Shown here: in pieces, positions 50,512 through 64,000 of the stretch | Position numbering within the stretch: position 1 is the stretch's first letter | Layout: each line of letters starts with the position of its first letter | NCBI GenBank assembly: GCA_951406725.2 | Contig: OX597830.1 | Coordinates: 62,124,001-62,188,000, forward strand | Direction of reading: 5' to 3' | Length of the DNA stretch: 64,000 bases | Source of the DNA: Octopus vulgaris | Lineage: Eukaryota | Program-made: the position numbers and the translations under genes | The notes under the pieces: generated by a model | What the model saw: the letters and a program-made list of their open reading frames with translations, nothing else | Database searches by the model: none | Told to the model about the DNA's origin: nothing

Positions 50512-51480
50512 ACGGGAAGCTTTATGAAAATAAACAAAAGACGAAGGCAGGTGGAATATAAACAAACAATTGTATGAGTATGGCGCTCAGGAATATAAAT
50601 AAAAGAAGTCTTTTACGTTTCGAGCCTACGCTCTTCAACAGAAAGATACACAGAAAAGAAACACGGAGAGAAACAAGGAGAGAAAAAAAATGCGTGCAGA
50701 AGCTAGCGAATCAAATGTATGTATGTATGTATGTATGTATGTATGTATGTATGTATGTATGTATGTATGTATGTATGTATGTATGTATCTTTGTATATAT
50801 GTGTGTGCGGATGTGTGTGTGTATAAATTTCCAACTTCACTCACAAAGCTTTGGTCCGCCTTACACATACACACACACATAATATATACATATAAACATA
50901 TGTAATTGTTCTAGTCAAAAGGGGCCGCGGCCATTCTGCTGCGCCTCATTCGTTATTCCTAACTATTACGCACTTCAGTCTGTTAATAATTTCATTGTCA
51001 TCAATTTGACGAACTGCAAAGCTAACGACCTTAGCGGGCAACACCATAAACAACAACAAATGCATGTTTATATATGGATGTAAACATAAACAGAGACACG
51101 GCCACAGACAGACAGATATGTACGGAGGACTTCCGCACAGTTTCCTCCTGCGAAATTCCACTTACAAGATGTCGGTCAAGCCGAATTCACAGCAGAACAT
51201 GTTTCCTAAAGATGACACGCACACATGGATATACATTCATGTATGTATGTATGTATGTATGTATGTATGTATGTATGTATGTATCTATGTATGTATGAAT
51301 TTGTGTTGTGTAGTTATGGGGAATGAGAGATGAATAATGTATATTAAATGGCATACTAGATAAATTCTTCACTGTATTTATATACATGCACACATACATA
51401 CATAGATAATACATACACTCACACACACACATTCATATATATATATATATAGTATGTGTGTGTGTATGCATGCATGTATG

Positions 51481-51624
<144 letters not shown>

Positions 51625-51740
51625 TAGATAGATAGACACACACACACACACACATAGATAGATAGATATATATATACACATATATATATATATATATATA
51701 TACATACATGCATGCATACACACACATATACTAGACTAGA

Positions 51741-52330
51741 CTAGAGTAGATTACCCGTTACACCGAGGAAGTCTGAGTTTCCCAGCAACAGAGTTTTGTT
51801 TCGTAATATCGAAATCATGCATAAATGGCTCCTTTCCCACCGAAGTTACGAACGGGTTTTTTACGAAATATTTACCATATTTTTAAAGTCATTTCCACTT
51901 TAAAATATTTTGCCTATCATATTCAACGAATGTGATATCGAAATCACTTGTAAATGTCTCCTTTCCCCAGAAAAGGAAAGGTTTGGTTACTATTTCTTGC
52001 ATACCCTGCTACCACTTAAAATATTTTGCCTATCGTAATGATGTTCTAATGGAAAGGTTACAGTTTCTTCCCTTTCAGGGTGAAGTTAACTTCAAAGTAT
52101 TTTCCTAATATGCACCGATTTGGGTATTTATACCCCCAAATCCCGAATATCATAATAACTACTGGTCCGATTTACGCGAAACTTGTTTTATTCCGTTCGT
52201 TTTCACATTTCAGGGGCACTTTACTTTCAAAATATTTTCCCTTTATGTGCCAATTTGGCTGAGTAACATTGCAAGCAAACAAGCAAGCAAGATTGAACTT
52301 CACTTTTGATAGTATATATATATATATAGA
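51741..52330 (-). mobile_element. Helitron-like element on - strand
   Basis: - strand TCTATATATATATAC start at ~52330; GC hairpin and CTAG end at ~51741. Confidence 0.45.
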
Positions 52331-52438
52331 TGGAATGATGGATATATTTCGTGTGTGAGCGCGAGCGTGTTTTTTGTATGTCTGGGTATATATATTTATA
52401 TTCATATATGTATGTATATATAAATACACACACACATA

Positions 52439-52865
52439 TACACGTCACTAAAGTGAACAAGGGCACTAATGAGCACCAGTATTGCTAGAAATATCAGTCA
52501 AAACGACCCAATAGCCAACAAAAGCACTATCTCAGTAAGGTGGCAGATAGTGGCAGATCCCCAATGAGTTCGCATTGTGATGCTTAACGCATCATAATGC
52601 TCATCAGTAACTCTCACCGCACCTAGGCTTAAACTCATCTCGCCTTGTCAGCTCATAAGATCTCTGTTGAAATCCGTTTATGAAATAAGCAATATGATCA
52701 GAATGCGAACTCACCGGTGATCTCGCTCTATCTGCCACCCTGGGGAGCTTGTCTCCTTTGTCAGCTCACTAAGATAGTGCTTTTGAGTCTATTGGGTTGT
52801 TTTGACTCTTATTTCTAGCTATACTGGTAGCCATCAGGGCCCTTGTTCACTTTAATGACCTGTGT
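52439..52865. mobile_element. TIR MITE flanked by TA
   Basis: gtcactaaagtgaacaagggc...ccagtattgctagaaata / tatttctagctatactgg...gcccttgttcactttaatgac. Confidence 0.65.
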
Positions 52866-52931
52866 AATTCTGCCTTTAGGTTGTAAAATTTCGAATTAGC
52901 CACCCATATAATTTTTAAAAAAAATTTATCC

Positions 52932-53028
52932 TTATATATATATATATATACATGCATTTATATACATACATACATACATGCATACATACATGCATACATA
53001 CATACATACATATATATATATATACATA

Positions 53029-53069
<41 letters not shown>

Positions 53070-53085
53070 GTACATATACATATAC

Positions 53086-53148
<63 letters not shown>

Positions 53149-53149
53149 C

Positions 53150-53211
<62 letters not shown>

Positions 53212-53218
53212 GTACATA

Positions 53219-53268
<50 letters not shown>

Positions 53269-53293
53269 CGTACATATACATATACATATATAT

Positions 53294-53337
<44 letters not shown>

Positions 53338-53379
53338 GTACATATACATATACATATATATATACATATATATATATAT

Positions 53380-53414
<35 letters not shown>

Positions 53415-53422
53415 CGTACATA

Positions 53423-53470
<48 letters not shown>

Positions 53471-53485
53471 CGTACATATACATAT

Positions 53486-53538
<53 letters not shown>

Positions 53539-53549
53539 CGTACATATAC

Positions 53550-53618
<69 letters not shown>

Positions 53619-53630
53619 CATTCGTACATA
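52932..53630. repeat. Compound (TA)n/(TACA)n microsatellite with higher-order units
   Basis: Recurrent (TA)n-CGTACATATACATATACA units. Confidence 0.97.
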
Positions 53631-53865
53631 CGTGTGTTCGTGTGTAGTTATTTTGTAAATAATCACGCCGGAAATAACTCATAAACAAACCGGAAGCAAC
53701 CGATACTTAACCGGAGATGACTACTACTTGACCGGAAGAAAATTGCAATAAGATATAAAGCCATAATGTTATTGTTCCTTCTTTTACGCGTTGTCATTGT
53801 CAATGTATATACAACGTATCTGGAGAGGGGGATGTGAAGGGTTATGTCTAGAAATTGGTTTCATA

Positions 53866-54890
53866 GTGTTGGGTTTGCCCAAAAGTTCGGTTTTTCCGTT
53901 CGGTTTTTCAAGCAAAAATTAAACAAGTTTTAAATACAGAGCAATTTATTCAATCAAGAATTGAATTACCGTTTCGTTCCAATATCTTGAGTCATCTTTT
54001 AGGCACATCTATCATTCTCTGCTCAAAGAATTTCCTGCATTTACTGGCGGAAAACTAGTAGAAGGTCAGTCCGTTCAAAGAATTTTGAAGAGACTGAAAT
54101 AGGTGGAAATCTGAAGGTCCGAGTTCGGGCGAATATTGAGGGTACTGCAAAACTTCCCAGCCAAGCCCCAGTAAATTCTGCCGTGTTTTCAAAGGAGTAC
54201 GCGGTCAGGCATTGTCGAGATGAAAGACGATGCCCTTACGATTAGCAAGTACTGAACGTTTCTGGTGGGTCGCTGCGTGTAATTTGTCCCAGCTGAACAC
54301 CGTACACATCCGAATCGATGGTCATGTCCGTGGGAAGATGCTCATAAAAGACAACATCCTTCCAATTCTACCAAATTGAAAGCATGACATTCTTTGTGTG
54401 AAGTCCTGCTTTGGAAGCTGTTTGTAGTGGTACATCGCATTTCTTCCACGATCGTTTGTGCTTCACATTGTTATAAACGATTCATTTTTCATTCTCTGCT
54501 ACCATTCTCTTAAAAAAATGGATTGTTTCCTTCACGTTTCCGCAACGAATCACGGACAGAAATCTGTTGAACCAGGATAGCCTGATTCAATCGATGTGAG
54601 ACCCAAACATCGACCTGCTGACCTGACCAAGTTGATGCAGTTAGTTTTGAATATACGACCACACTTGTTGTATAATGGGAGATGATGTCACTGTTGGGCT
54701 GCCAGAGCGAGGTGCAACTTGAACCGAAGAATTTCCCACTCGAAATCCAGAACACACATTCCGTGACAGCATATTCTCCGTGCACAGTGCAAACCTCGCT
54801 GCAGGTTTTTGACGCTTTCTTACCATTTTTAAAAATAAAAAACAGTATGAGGTATCGATAATGCTCGTTTTGGTTTTCCATTCTCAGAGT
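53866..54890 (-). pseudogene. Degraded mariner (Hsmar1/SETMAR-like) transposon
   Basis: N-terminal remnant EHYRYLILFFIFKNGKKASKTCSEVCTVHGEYAVTE; mariner-like TIR tgttgggtttgcccaaaagttcgg at ~53867; multiple disablements. Confidence 0.75.
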
Positions 54891-54899
54891 GATCCGAAA

Positions 54900-55605
54900 C
54901 GTACTGGGGTCGATCTAATCGACTGGCCCCCTCCCCCAAAATTTCGGGCCTTGTACCTAGAGTAGAAAAGATTATTTAAGGCGGCAAGTTGGCAGAAACG
55001 TTAGCATGCCGGGCGAAATGCTTAGCGGTATTTCGTCTGCCGTTACGTTCTGAGTTCAAATTCCGCCGAGGTCGACTTTACCTTTCATCCTTTCGGGGTC
55101 GATAAATTAAGTACCAGTTGCGTACTGGGGTCGATATAATCGACTTAATCCGTTTGTCTGTCCTTGTTTGTCCTCTCTGTGTTTAGCCCCTTGTGGGTAG
55201 TAAAGAAATAGGTATTTCGTCCGTCGTTACATTCTGAGTTCAAATTCTGCCGAGGTCGACTTTGCCTTTCATTCTTTCGGGGTCGATAAATTAAGTGCCA
55301 ATTGCGTACTGGAGTCGATTAATCGACTGGCTCCCCTCTCCCAAAATTTTGGGCCTTGTGCCTAGAGTAGAAAAGATTATTTAAGGTGGCGAGGAGGCAG
55401 AAACGTTAGCAGGCCGGGTGAAATACCGCTAAGCGAAATGCTTAGCGGTATTTATCCCGTCGCTACGTTCTCAGTTCAAATTCCGCCGAGGTCGACTTTG
55501 CCTTTCATCCTTTCGGGGTCGCTACATTAAGTACTGGGGTCGATCTAATCGACTGGCTCCCCTCTCCAAAAATTTCGGGCTTTGTGCCTAGAGTAGAAAA
55601 GGATA
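54900..55605 (+). mobile_element. Tandem cluster of Meta-domain-like tRNA SINEs; similar clusters at 35195-35800(-), 63680-64000(-) and 1315-1545(+)
   Basis: Repeated GAGTTCAAATTCCGCCGAGGTCGACTTTGCCTTTCATCCTTTCGGGGTCGATAAA units. Confidence 0.75.
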
Positions 55606-55985
55606 AATTTGTCTTTTACGAACCCCATGTACCATATCTGTATGTAACCGTGCATCGTTAGAAGCAAAGAAAGCAATGAGTGGTTTATTCTATAGCTAGA
55701 GTACACGTGGCTTAGTGGTTAGGGTATTCAGCTCACGATCACAAGGTCGCCAGTTCAATTCCTGGTGGCGTGTTGTGTCCTTGAGCAAGATACTTTATTT
55801 CATATTGCCCCAGTCCACTCTGCTGACAAAAATGAGTTGTACCTGTAATTCAAAGGGGGCCAGGCTTATTACATTCTATGTCACGCTGAATCTCCCTCAG
55901 AACTCCGTTATATCGGTTTCTTTTGCCGAACTGCTACGTTACGGGGACGTTAAAACACCAACACCGGTTGCCACGCAGTTGTGAG

Positions 55986-56050
<65 letters not shown>

Positions 56051-56113
56051 TATATATATACACAAATACACACAATTGTCACTAATCGTTTTCATTCCTA
56101 AGGTATTTTTCGA

Positions 56114-56152
<39 letters not shown>

Positions 56153-56251
56153 GATTATTATTAACCACTATGCCATATGCCCATGGCGTAGTGGTTAAGA
56201 CCGCGGGCTACTAACCCCAAGATTCCGAGTTCGATTCCAGGTGGTGACCTG

Positions 56252-56293
<42 letters not shown>

Positions 56294-57034
56294 GATAATA
56301 ATAATAACATCGAAAAATACCTTAGGAATGAGAACCCAGGTTCGAAATTTCCCCAAGACACCTGACGAAGGCTGGGGGGTATATCAGCCGAAACTTTATG
56401 TTAACAACAAACAAGATGAGGACAAATATCCGTCAAATGTAAATAAAGTACATAATGTGAAGAATGTACATAATTCCTCATCCCTTAAATATAGAACTTT
56501 ATTATTTCAAATACTTCGAAAGGATGAAAGGTGAAGTGGATCTGGGAAGAACTTCAACTCAGAGCTTAAAAGCTGGAAATAGATGCCGTTAAGCATTTTA
56601 TCCGGTCTGGTAACGGTTCTGCCAACTCACCACCTTCCGAACTGCCAATAATGACGAAGCGATTCTTCAAAAATGTAAAATGCGGAAACTTGTCTGAAGA
56701 GGATGGAAATAGAAATATGAAAATAACAGGAAAATAAGAAAAATTATGCTTTCCACTCGTCAAATAAGATAAGGATTTGATGACACGTAATGTCTTTTAT
56801 CTTCCACTTGCTCCAGTCATCAGACTGCGACCATGCTGGAGCATCGCCTTGAAGAATTTCTAGTCGAATGAATAAACTCCAGAACTAACGCGTTTTCAAG
56901 CCTGGTACTTATTATATCTGTTTCTTTTGCCGAACCGCTACGTTACGGCGATCTTAAAACACCAACACCGGTTGCCACGCAGTGGTGAGATACACACACA
57001 CACACACACGCACACACACATACACACGCACACA

Positions 57035-57069
<35 letters not shown>

Positions 57070-57070
<1 letters not shown>

Positions 57071-57930
57071 TGTCCCTAATCGTGACTGACAGGGCTGGGT
57101 AGCACGTATATTGCTAGAAATAAGAGTTAAAACGCTTACAACTGCAAGGATGCACATTTTCATATGTTGACAGGGGAGATAACCGCCCCGTAAGCGAAGC
57201 TAGATCACTAAGGGTTTTAACGCTTATTTCCATCAATATAAATGCTACCCAACCCCGTCAGTTACAATTAGTGACAAATGAACTTTTCCTTTTTGGTATT
57301 ATATTGCGTATAGCTGCCTTCGGAGGCGCAATGGCCCAGTAGTTACGGCAGCGGACTCGCGGTCGTAGGATCGCAGTTTCGATTCCCAGACCGGGCATTG
57401 TGAGTGTTTATTGAGCGAAAACACCTAAAGCTCCACGAGTCTCCGGCAGGGAATGGTGGTGATCCCTGCTGTACTCTTTCACCACAACTTTCTCTCACTC
57501 TTACTTCCTGTTTCTGTTGTACCTGTATTTCAAAGGGCCGGCCTTGTCACTTTCTGTGTCACGCTGAATATCCCCGAGAACTACGTTAAGGGTACACGTG
57601 TCTGTGGAGTGCTCAGCCACTTACACGTTAATTTCACGAGCAGGCTGTTCCGTTGATTGGATCAACCAGAACACTCGTCGTCGTAACCGACGGAGTGCTT
57701 CCATATAGCTACCTTCGTTAATTTGTAATTTTCACAAAAGCATTTCACTAAATCAGCCATAAATTTTACAAGCGAAACTGATTTAGTCTATTGATCTAGC
57801 TTCGTTTATGGGGCGGTTATCTTCCCTGTCAGTGCATGAAAATGTGCTTCCTTGCAGCTGTAAGTGTTTCAACGCGTATTTCTAACAAAATAGGTACCAC
57901 CCAGAACTCTTAGTCATTATTAGTAAGAAT
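57070..57930. mobile_element. Inverted-repeat element interrupted by a SINE
   Basis: 57110-57207 (ctgcaaggatgcacattttcat...gataaccgcccc..aagcgaagctagatca) is inverted at ~57792-57890. Confidence 0.55.
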
Positions 57931-58550
57931 GCAATTTTTCCTTTTTGGTTTTATTTTGCTTTTAGCTGCCTTCCTTATCATATATATACAGTGGGGGGAA
58001 ATAAATATTCGTACATGTCAAACTTCTTTATTTATTTAATTTCTACTGAACATAAATGGAATATAATAATACTATATTAGCATACACATGCATAAACTAA
58101 GAATATGTAAAAGAAACTAATAAATTATAGTAACTATATATATATATATACTCTTTACTCTTTTACTTGTTTCAGTCATTTGACTGCGGCCATGCTGGAG
58201 CACCGCCTTTAGTCGAGCAAATCGACCCCGGGACTTATTCGTTGTAAGCCCAGTACTTATTCTATCGGTCTCTTTTGCCGAACCGCTAAGTGACTGGGAC
58301 GTAAACACACCAGCATCGGTTGTCAAGCAATGCTAGGGGGACAAACACGGACATACAAACACACACACACACACATATATATATAAATACGACAGGCTTC
58401 TTTCAGTTTCCGTCTACCAAATCCACTCACAAGGCATTGGTCGACCCGGGGCTATAGCAGAAGACACTTGCCCAAGATGCCACGCAGTGGGACTGAACCC
58501 GGAACCATGTGGTTGGTTAGCAAGCTACTTACCATACAGCCACTCCTGTA

Positions 58551-58594
<44 letters not shown>

Positions 58595-58776
58595 TTACAG
58601 AAACACAAAAGACGAAGTGACGTGTACGAACACCAAGTAGGTGTATTACTTTAACGCTGGGGAAAGTCAAAAAGTCTAAGAGAAAATAAACAGAGAGAGA
58701 ATAAAAACAATAAAAGAACTCGTGCATACAGCGATCAGGCATGGCGACTGGTTAGAAAAAAATGGTTTGACACACA

Positions 58777-59829
58777 TATGTATGTATGTATGTATGTATT
58801 TATGTATTTATGTATGCATGTGTGTATGTATGTATGTATGTATGTATGTATTTATGTATGTATGTATGTATGTATGTATTTATGTATTTATGTATGTATG
58901 TATGTATGTATGTATGTATGTATGTATGTATGTATGTATGTATTTATGTATTTATGTATGTATTTATGTATGTATGTATGTATTTATGTATGTATGTATG
59001 TATGTATGTATGTATGTATTTATGTATGTATGTATGTATGTATGTATATATGTATGTATGTATGTATTTATGTATTTATGTATGTATGTATGTATGTATG
59101 TATGTATGTATGTATGTATGTATGTATGTATGTATGTATGTATTTATGTATTTATGTATGTATGTATGTATGTATGTATGTATGTATGTATGTATGTATG
59201 TATGTATGTATGTATGTATGTATGTATATTTTGTATGTATGTATGTATGTATGTATGTATGTATGTATGTATGTATGTATGTATGTATGTATGTATGTAT
59301 TTATGTATGTATGTATGTATGTATGTATGTATTTATGTATGTATGTATGTATGTATGTATGTATGTATGTATGTATGTATGTATGTATGTATGTATGTAT
59401 GTATGTATGTATGTATGTATGTATGTATGTATGTATGTATGTATGTATGTATGTATGTATGTATGTATGTATGTATGTATGTATGTATGTATGTATGTAT
59501 GTATGTATTTATGTATGTATGTATGTATGTATGTATGTATGTATGTATGTATTTATGTATGTATTTATGTATGTATGTATGTATGTATGTATGTATGTAT
59601 GTATGTATTTATGTATGTATGTATGTATGTATGTATGTATGTATGTATGTATGTATTTATGTATGTATGTATGTATGTATGTATGTATGTATGTATGTAT
59701 GTATTTATGTATTTATGTATGTATGTATGTATGTATGTATGTATGTATGTATGTATTTATGTATGTATTTATGTATGTATGTATGTATGTATGTATGTAT
59801 TTATGTATTTATGTATGTATGTATGTATG

Positions 59830-59878
<49 letters not shown>
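58777..59878. repeat. ~1.1-kb (TATG)n microsatellite with TATT variants, then (TA)n
   Basis: Directly visible; explains the MYVC ORFs. Confidence 0.98.
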
Positions 59879-59880
<2 letters not shown>

Positions 59881-60044
59881 CAAATAAGAAAATGGAGAAA
59901 CAAATTCATTTCAATCATCAACTTACAGATATTACCAATTCATATTATTTATTAACTACTTAAATAGGAACATCCAAATCCAACAAAACAATATAAATCA
60001 ATATGCAAGATAATAATACCATAAGAATAATACACATAAAATGG

Positions 60045-60170
60045 ATCTTACAGCTGTTTCAGCCTGTAGATAAAGGTATCTCATTCTGCCTTTATTAGTC
60101 TGATGTATTCAGGTAATATGCAGTTAAAAATGAGTTCCTTATATATATATCTCAAGGCCTCGTCAGGGAT
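60045..60170 (-). ncRNA. Hammerhead-like motif with expanded stem II (Penelope-like relic)
   Basis: - strand: ATCC CTGACGA GGCCT...(~90 nt)...AGGCT GAAA CAGCTG TA AGAT; palindromic stem III ACAGCTGT; stem I imperfect. Confidence 0.5.
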
Positions 60171-60493
60171 AACTGATATCCCATAGTGGGTTACACTCAT
60201 AACCCCTATCTCACTTTATATATATATATTTTTTTTTTTCGATGGGTTTATTTCAGTTTCCGTCTACCAAATCCACTCGCAAGGCTTTTGTCAAATTGTG
60301 GCTATAGTAGAAGCCACATGCCCAAGGTGTAACGCAATAGGACTGAACCTTGAAACCTGTGGTCGGAAAGCAGGCTTCTTACCACACAACCACGCATGCA
60401 CCTATGTCCAATATGTTGAAATTAACGATTCACCCGTTAGTCTATATTATAGTATTTTCTACAATAAATTCTCAACATAATTACACAAATATT

Positions 60494-60553
<60 letters not shown>

Positions 60554-61331
60554 AACTACCAAAACATATGCGTACTTACACGTGGGTAACATGACCTTAA
60601 AAACAGGTTACATGCAATTTCGAAACGTGTTCAAGGGACTGCAGGTTTAGCTTATGCAAAAGCTGCGTATTTCCTGCGTATTCTACACTTTCAGGGCAAA
60701 AGCCACAAATGTATATAATAAATATTATTATAGACTTTCGCTTCAAAAGCTCCCGAAGAACAATATTTCTGGTAGAGACATGAGGAGGCACCAACACATG
60801 ATGGTCTTCTGAATTTCCAGTCTGTAATTTTAGATTATTTGTTACTAGTACTTCAGCTGAAATCAAGGAATTTTACATGTCTGCAGTGTGACAAATAATT
60901 GGCTAAAGTGGAAAACATGAAATGTCTCTGTAACCTGAATATAACAAGTAGTATTGAAATATATTGGAATATATGAAGCAGAATAATTAATAGCGAAATA
61001 AGTGCAAATACAAATATATAGAGCGTAGTGGATATATATCGATGACAGCGTTTTATATATATATTGATTAGATTTGCCAATGAGAAAAAGGGAGAAATTT
61101 AATTTGATAAAAGCTTTAGTTGAGCATTATGAGATGAAAAAGACAGCAGAGTGAGGTTTCGAATACAAAATAAACAGAGTGACTCCAGCCCACGTCGAAT
61201 AATTTAGAGGTTGTGACGGATGATTTACAAAGTAAATCATATGAAATGGAACGAATTCAACAGCATCAAATGGTGAAGTGTAAATCACGAAAAAGAGTAT
61301 ATATATATATACAAAATTATGAAGCGTATTA

Positions 61332-61583
61332 TCTATATATATAAAACTGAGAATGTGTGTCTGTCTGTCTGTCTGTGTGAATCTCTAAAACTTGAGAACT
61401 ACACAACCAATTTCATTCAAATTTTACACATGCCTTACTTAGGGTCCATGGAGTGTCAGGGGCACAAAAAAATCTTTAACTTCTTGCATAGGGCGAGCCC
61501 ACAAGCAATATCATATCTTCTCCACTATTTCAGTATTACGTGTTAAAAGTGAAACAAAAACATCTCTCTATTGTATGTATATG

Positions 61584-61643
<60 letters not shown>

Positions 61644-61686
61644 TAAACTCTATATATATATGAATAAATATATATATATATATTTA

Positions 61687-61737
<51 letters not shown>

Positions 61738-61756
61738 TCATACTATATATATATGA

Positions 61757-61810
<54 letters not shown>

Positions 61811-62477
61811 AGATGTATTTCTATAGATATACATGTAAATTTATTCTGTCCAGTTACGTATCACTATAGTGGTCATTTGCAAACTCCAGAGGTGACACTT
61901 TCATTTCTCCTTAGCCCTCACATCACACAGTTGTTAATGTTTATTTCAGTTGGGTCTCACCCTTCCAATTGCTATAGATTCATAATGCATCTTACGTCTG
62001 TGCCTGTCACCTGCATGGTAAGGAATACTACATTGGGAGTGGTAACGACTGCTGACTGCTTATTGTGATCATTCGTCTTTTGGTTTCCTGTAGCTTTGCT
62101 CTCTTTTACAAACCCAGTGAACATATATTTCCTATCTCAAAGAAATTCAAACAATAGATATAAGATCCAAGTTAAAAAGATTCTCAACAATCCAACTTCT
62201 CTGGTTGACATTAAGATGCCCACCCCCGATAGGGGCCTTAACTCTCACATTTTAGAGCTCCATGACCTCCATTTTTCAGGAGCAAAATCCTTTTAACAGG
62301 TTCTATAAGACTGGAATTTTGGGATATGCGCATAAAAATCAGTAGTGTGGGATACATGTGGCACGATTGCAATTTTGATGAAATTCGAAACAATTCCAGT
62401 TCATTAGAGAAAATATAACAGAAAAGTCTAATTCTTCAATTGTATGTAACTCGGGCAACGCCGGGTAACTCTGCTAA
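61332..62477 (+). mobile_element. Helitron-like element (different family)
   Basis: A|TCTATATATATAAAA start with (GTCT)n; 3' ctcgggcaacgccggg hairpin then CTAA|T. Confidence 0.55.
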
Positions 62478-64000
62478 TAAATATATATTGATAGTTTGGT
62501 GATTGCTCTCCATTCATTTGCTACCAGCCATTATATGTATATATAACGAAAGACAGCCTGTGTATTTAATGTTTTTAATGCAACCTTTTCAAAATGAAAA
62601 TGTTTTGAAATATGAAATTATCTAACTTAGCTACATTAATTTTCCATAATAAACAAAATTATTCTTATTCAAAAGTAATTTATTTTCATACTTTTCATAA
62701 ATATATTTTGTGATCAACACATCAACGTATTTCCCGAAAGACAGAACGAAATTTAGATGGGTATGGAAATTAATGGCGAGTAAAAAATATATATATCTAT
62801 ATAAATATAATAAAAATAAATGAACAAAAACTAATTTATTTAAGTTTCAAAAATGCCATTAATTACAAATTTTAATTTCGTGGAACCAATTATTAAACCT
62901 GATTTTAAACGATCAGCGGCTTAATTGGTTGTGAAAGAGGATTTGGCATTGATCGCTTCTGATATAATAAAACGAAAATGCTTGGTCAAATAAATTCGTA
63001 CTGGAAGACGGTGAATAAACAGAATTGTTAAAGCAGCGTATAGAAACGTGTGCTTTGTGGTAATTATAACGGTCCTTTGTGTTATGAGTTCAAATCCTAC
63101 CGTAATCGAATTTGCCTTTCATCATTTTGAGGTCGATAAAATAAAGTAACAGTGCCATATTGGTTGGACCCATGTGTACAGAAACTCTACTTTTTCCGTT
63201 GAGAGCTTATATGCCCCGTGATTAGATTATTTTCTCAAGTCATTACACGGTGGTCGCTTATGAGCTTTGAGCTTATGAAATATTATTATTATCATTCATA
63301 TATATATAGGGTTCAGCAAAATTTGCTTCACCACATACCGAAGTTTAGAAATAGCAGTCAAACTACTATTTTTCTACTACTATAAGATATCTCCCAGACA
63401 GCAATACTCAACAACTCACGCAGGTAAAGAGAAAAAATAACGAATATACCCGGCTCTGATTAACGTGCAAGTGGCTGAGCACTCCACAGACACGTGTACC
63501 CTTAACGTAGTTCTCAGCGAGATTCACCATGGCACAGGGTGTGAAAAGGTTGGCCCTTTGAATTACAGGTACTACGCATTTTTGCCAGCTGAGGACACAA
63601 CGCACTACCACTGGGAATCGAACCATCGGCCTTACCCTAACCACTAAGCCACGCATCACCACCCACATATAATAAGCCTTTCTATTATAAACACAAGGCC
63701 TAAAATTTAGGGGAGGGGAACAGCCGGTACTTAATTTATTGACCCCGGAAGGATGAAAGGTAAAGTCGACCTCGGCGGAATTTGAACTCAGAACACGAAG
63801 ACAGACGAAATACCTATTTCTTTACTACCCACAAGGAGCAAAACACAGAGAGGACAAACAAGGACAGACAAACGGATTAAGTCGATTATGTCGTAACTGG
63901 TACTTATTTAATCGACCCCGAAAGGATGAAAGGCAAAGTCGACCTCGGCGGAATTTGAACTCAGAATGTAGCGGCAGACGAAATACCGCTAAGCATTTCG

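Noticed and set aside
56355-56410. Hammerhead-like CTGACGA..GGCTG/CAGCC..GAAAC (related motifs at ~16740, ~30470, ~37108, ~50610)
   Set aside because: Stem I cannot form or core bases are mutated; degenerate Penelope-type relics.
52915-59963. Long ORFs of 220-410 aa (YI/MYVC repeats)
   Set aside because: Translations of (TA)n and (TATG)n microsatellites.

Overview
Eukaryotic, AT-rich, SINE- and microsatellite-dense genomic DNA; the repeat families are most consistent with a coleoid cephalopod (Octopus-like). The left 26 kb holds most of the bifunctional purine biosynthesis gene ATIC/purH on the + strand. It has 17 coding exons from 599 to the stop at 26065; about 49 N-terminal codons lie upstream of the window. 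Two things are nested in ATIC. (1) An intact antisense 590-aa Tigger/pogo transposase-derived ORF (7476-9248) has a D->G change in its catalytic triad and decayed TIRs, so it is probably domesticated. (2) A textbook TATA + TCT/5'TOP promoter with a ~20-nt non-coding first exon (~20581-20630) sits inside an ATIC intron. Downstream of it the introns become compact and carry box C/D snoRNAs: a SNORD10/mgU6-77-like guide and guides for the 18S Am1383- and 28S Am2815-equivalent sites, plus further candidates. This suggests the 3' half of ATIC doubles as a GAS5/UHG-like snoRNA host transcript. The right 38 kb has no recognisable protein-coding gene. It consists of SINEs, MITEs, Helitrons, mariner/Tc1 relics, Penelope-type hammerhead ribozyme motifs, long microsatellites and one possible antisense spliced non-coding exon. 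All homology calls are from recognition and memory, not database searches.
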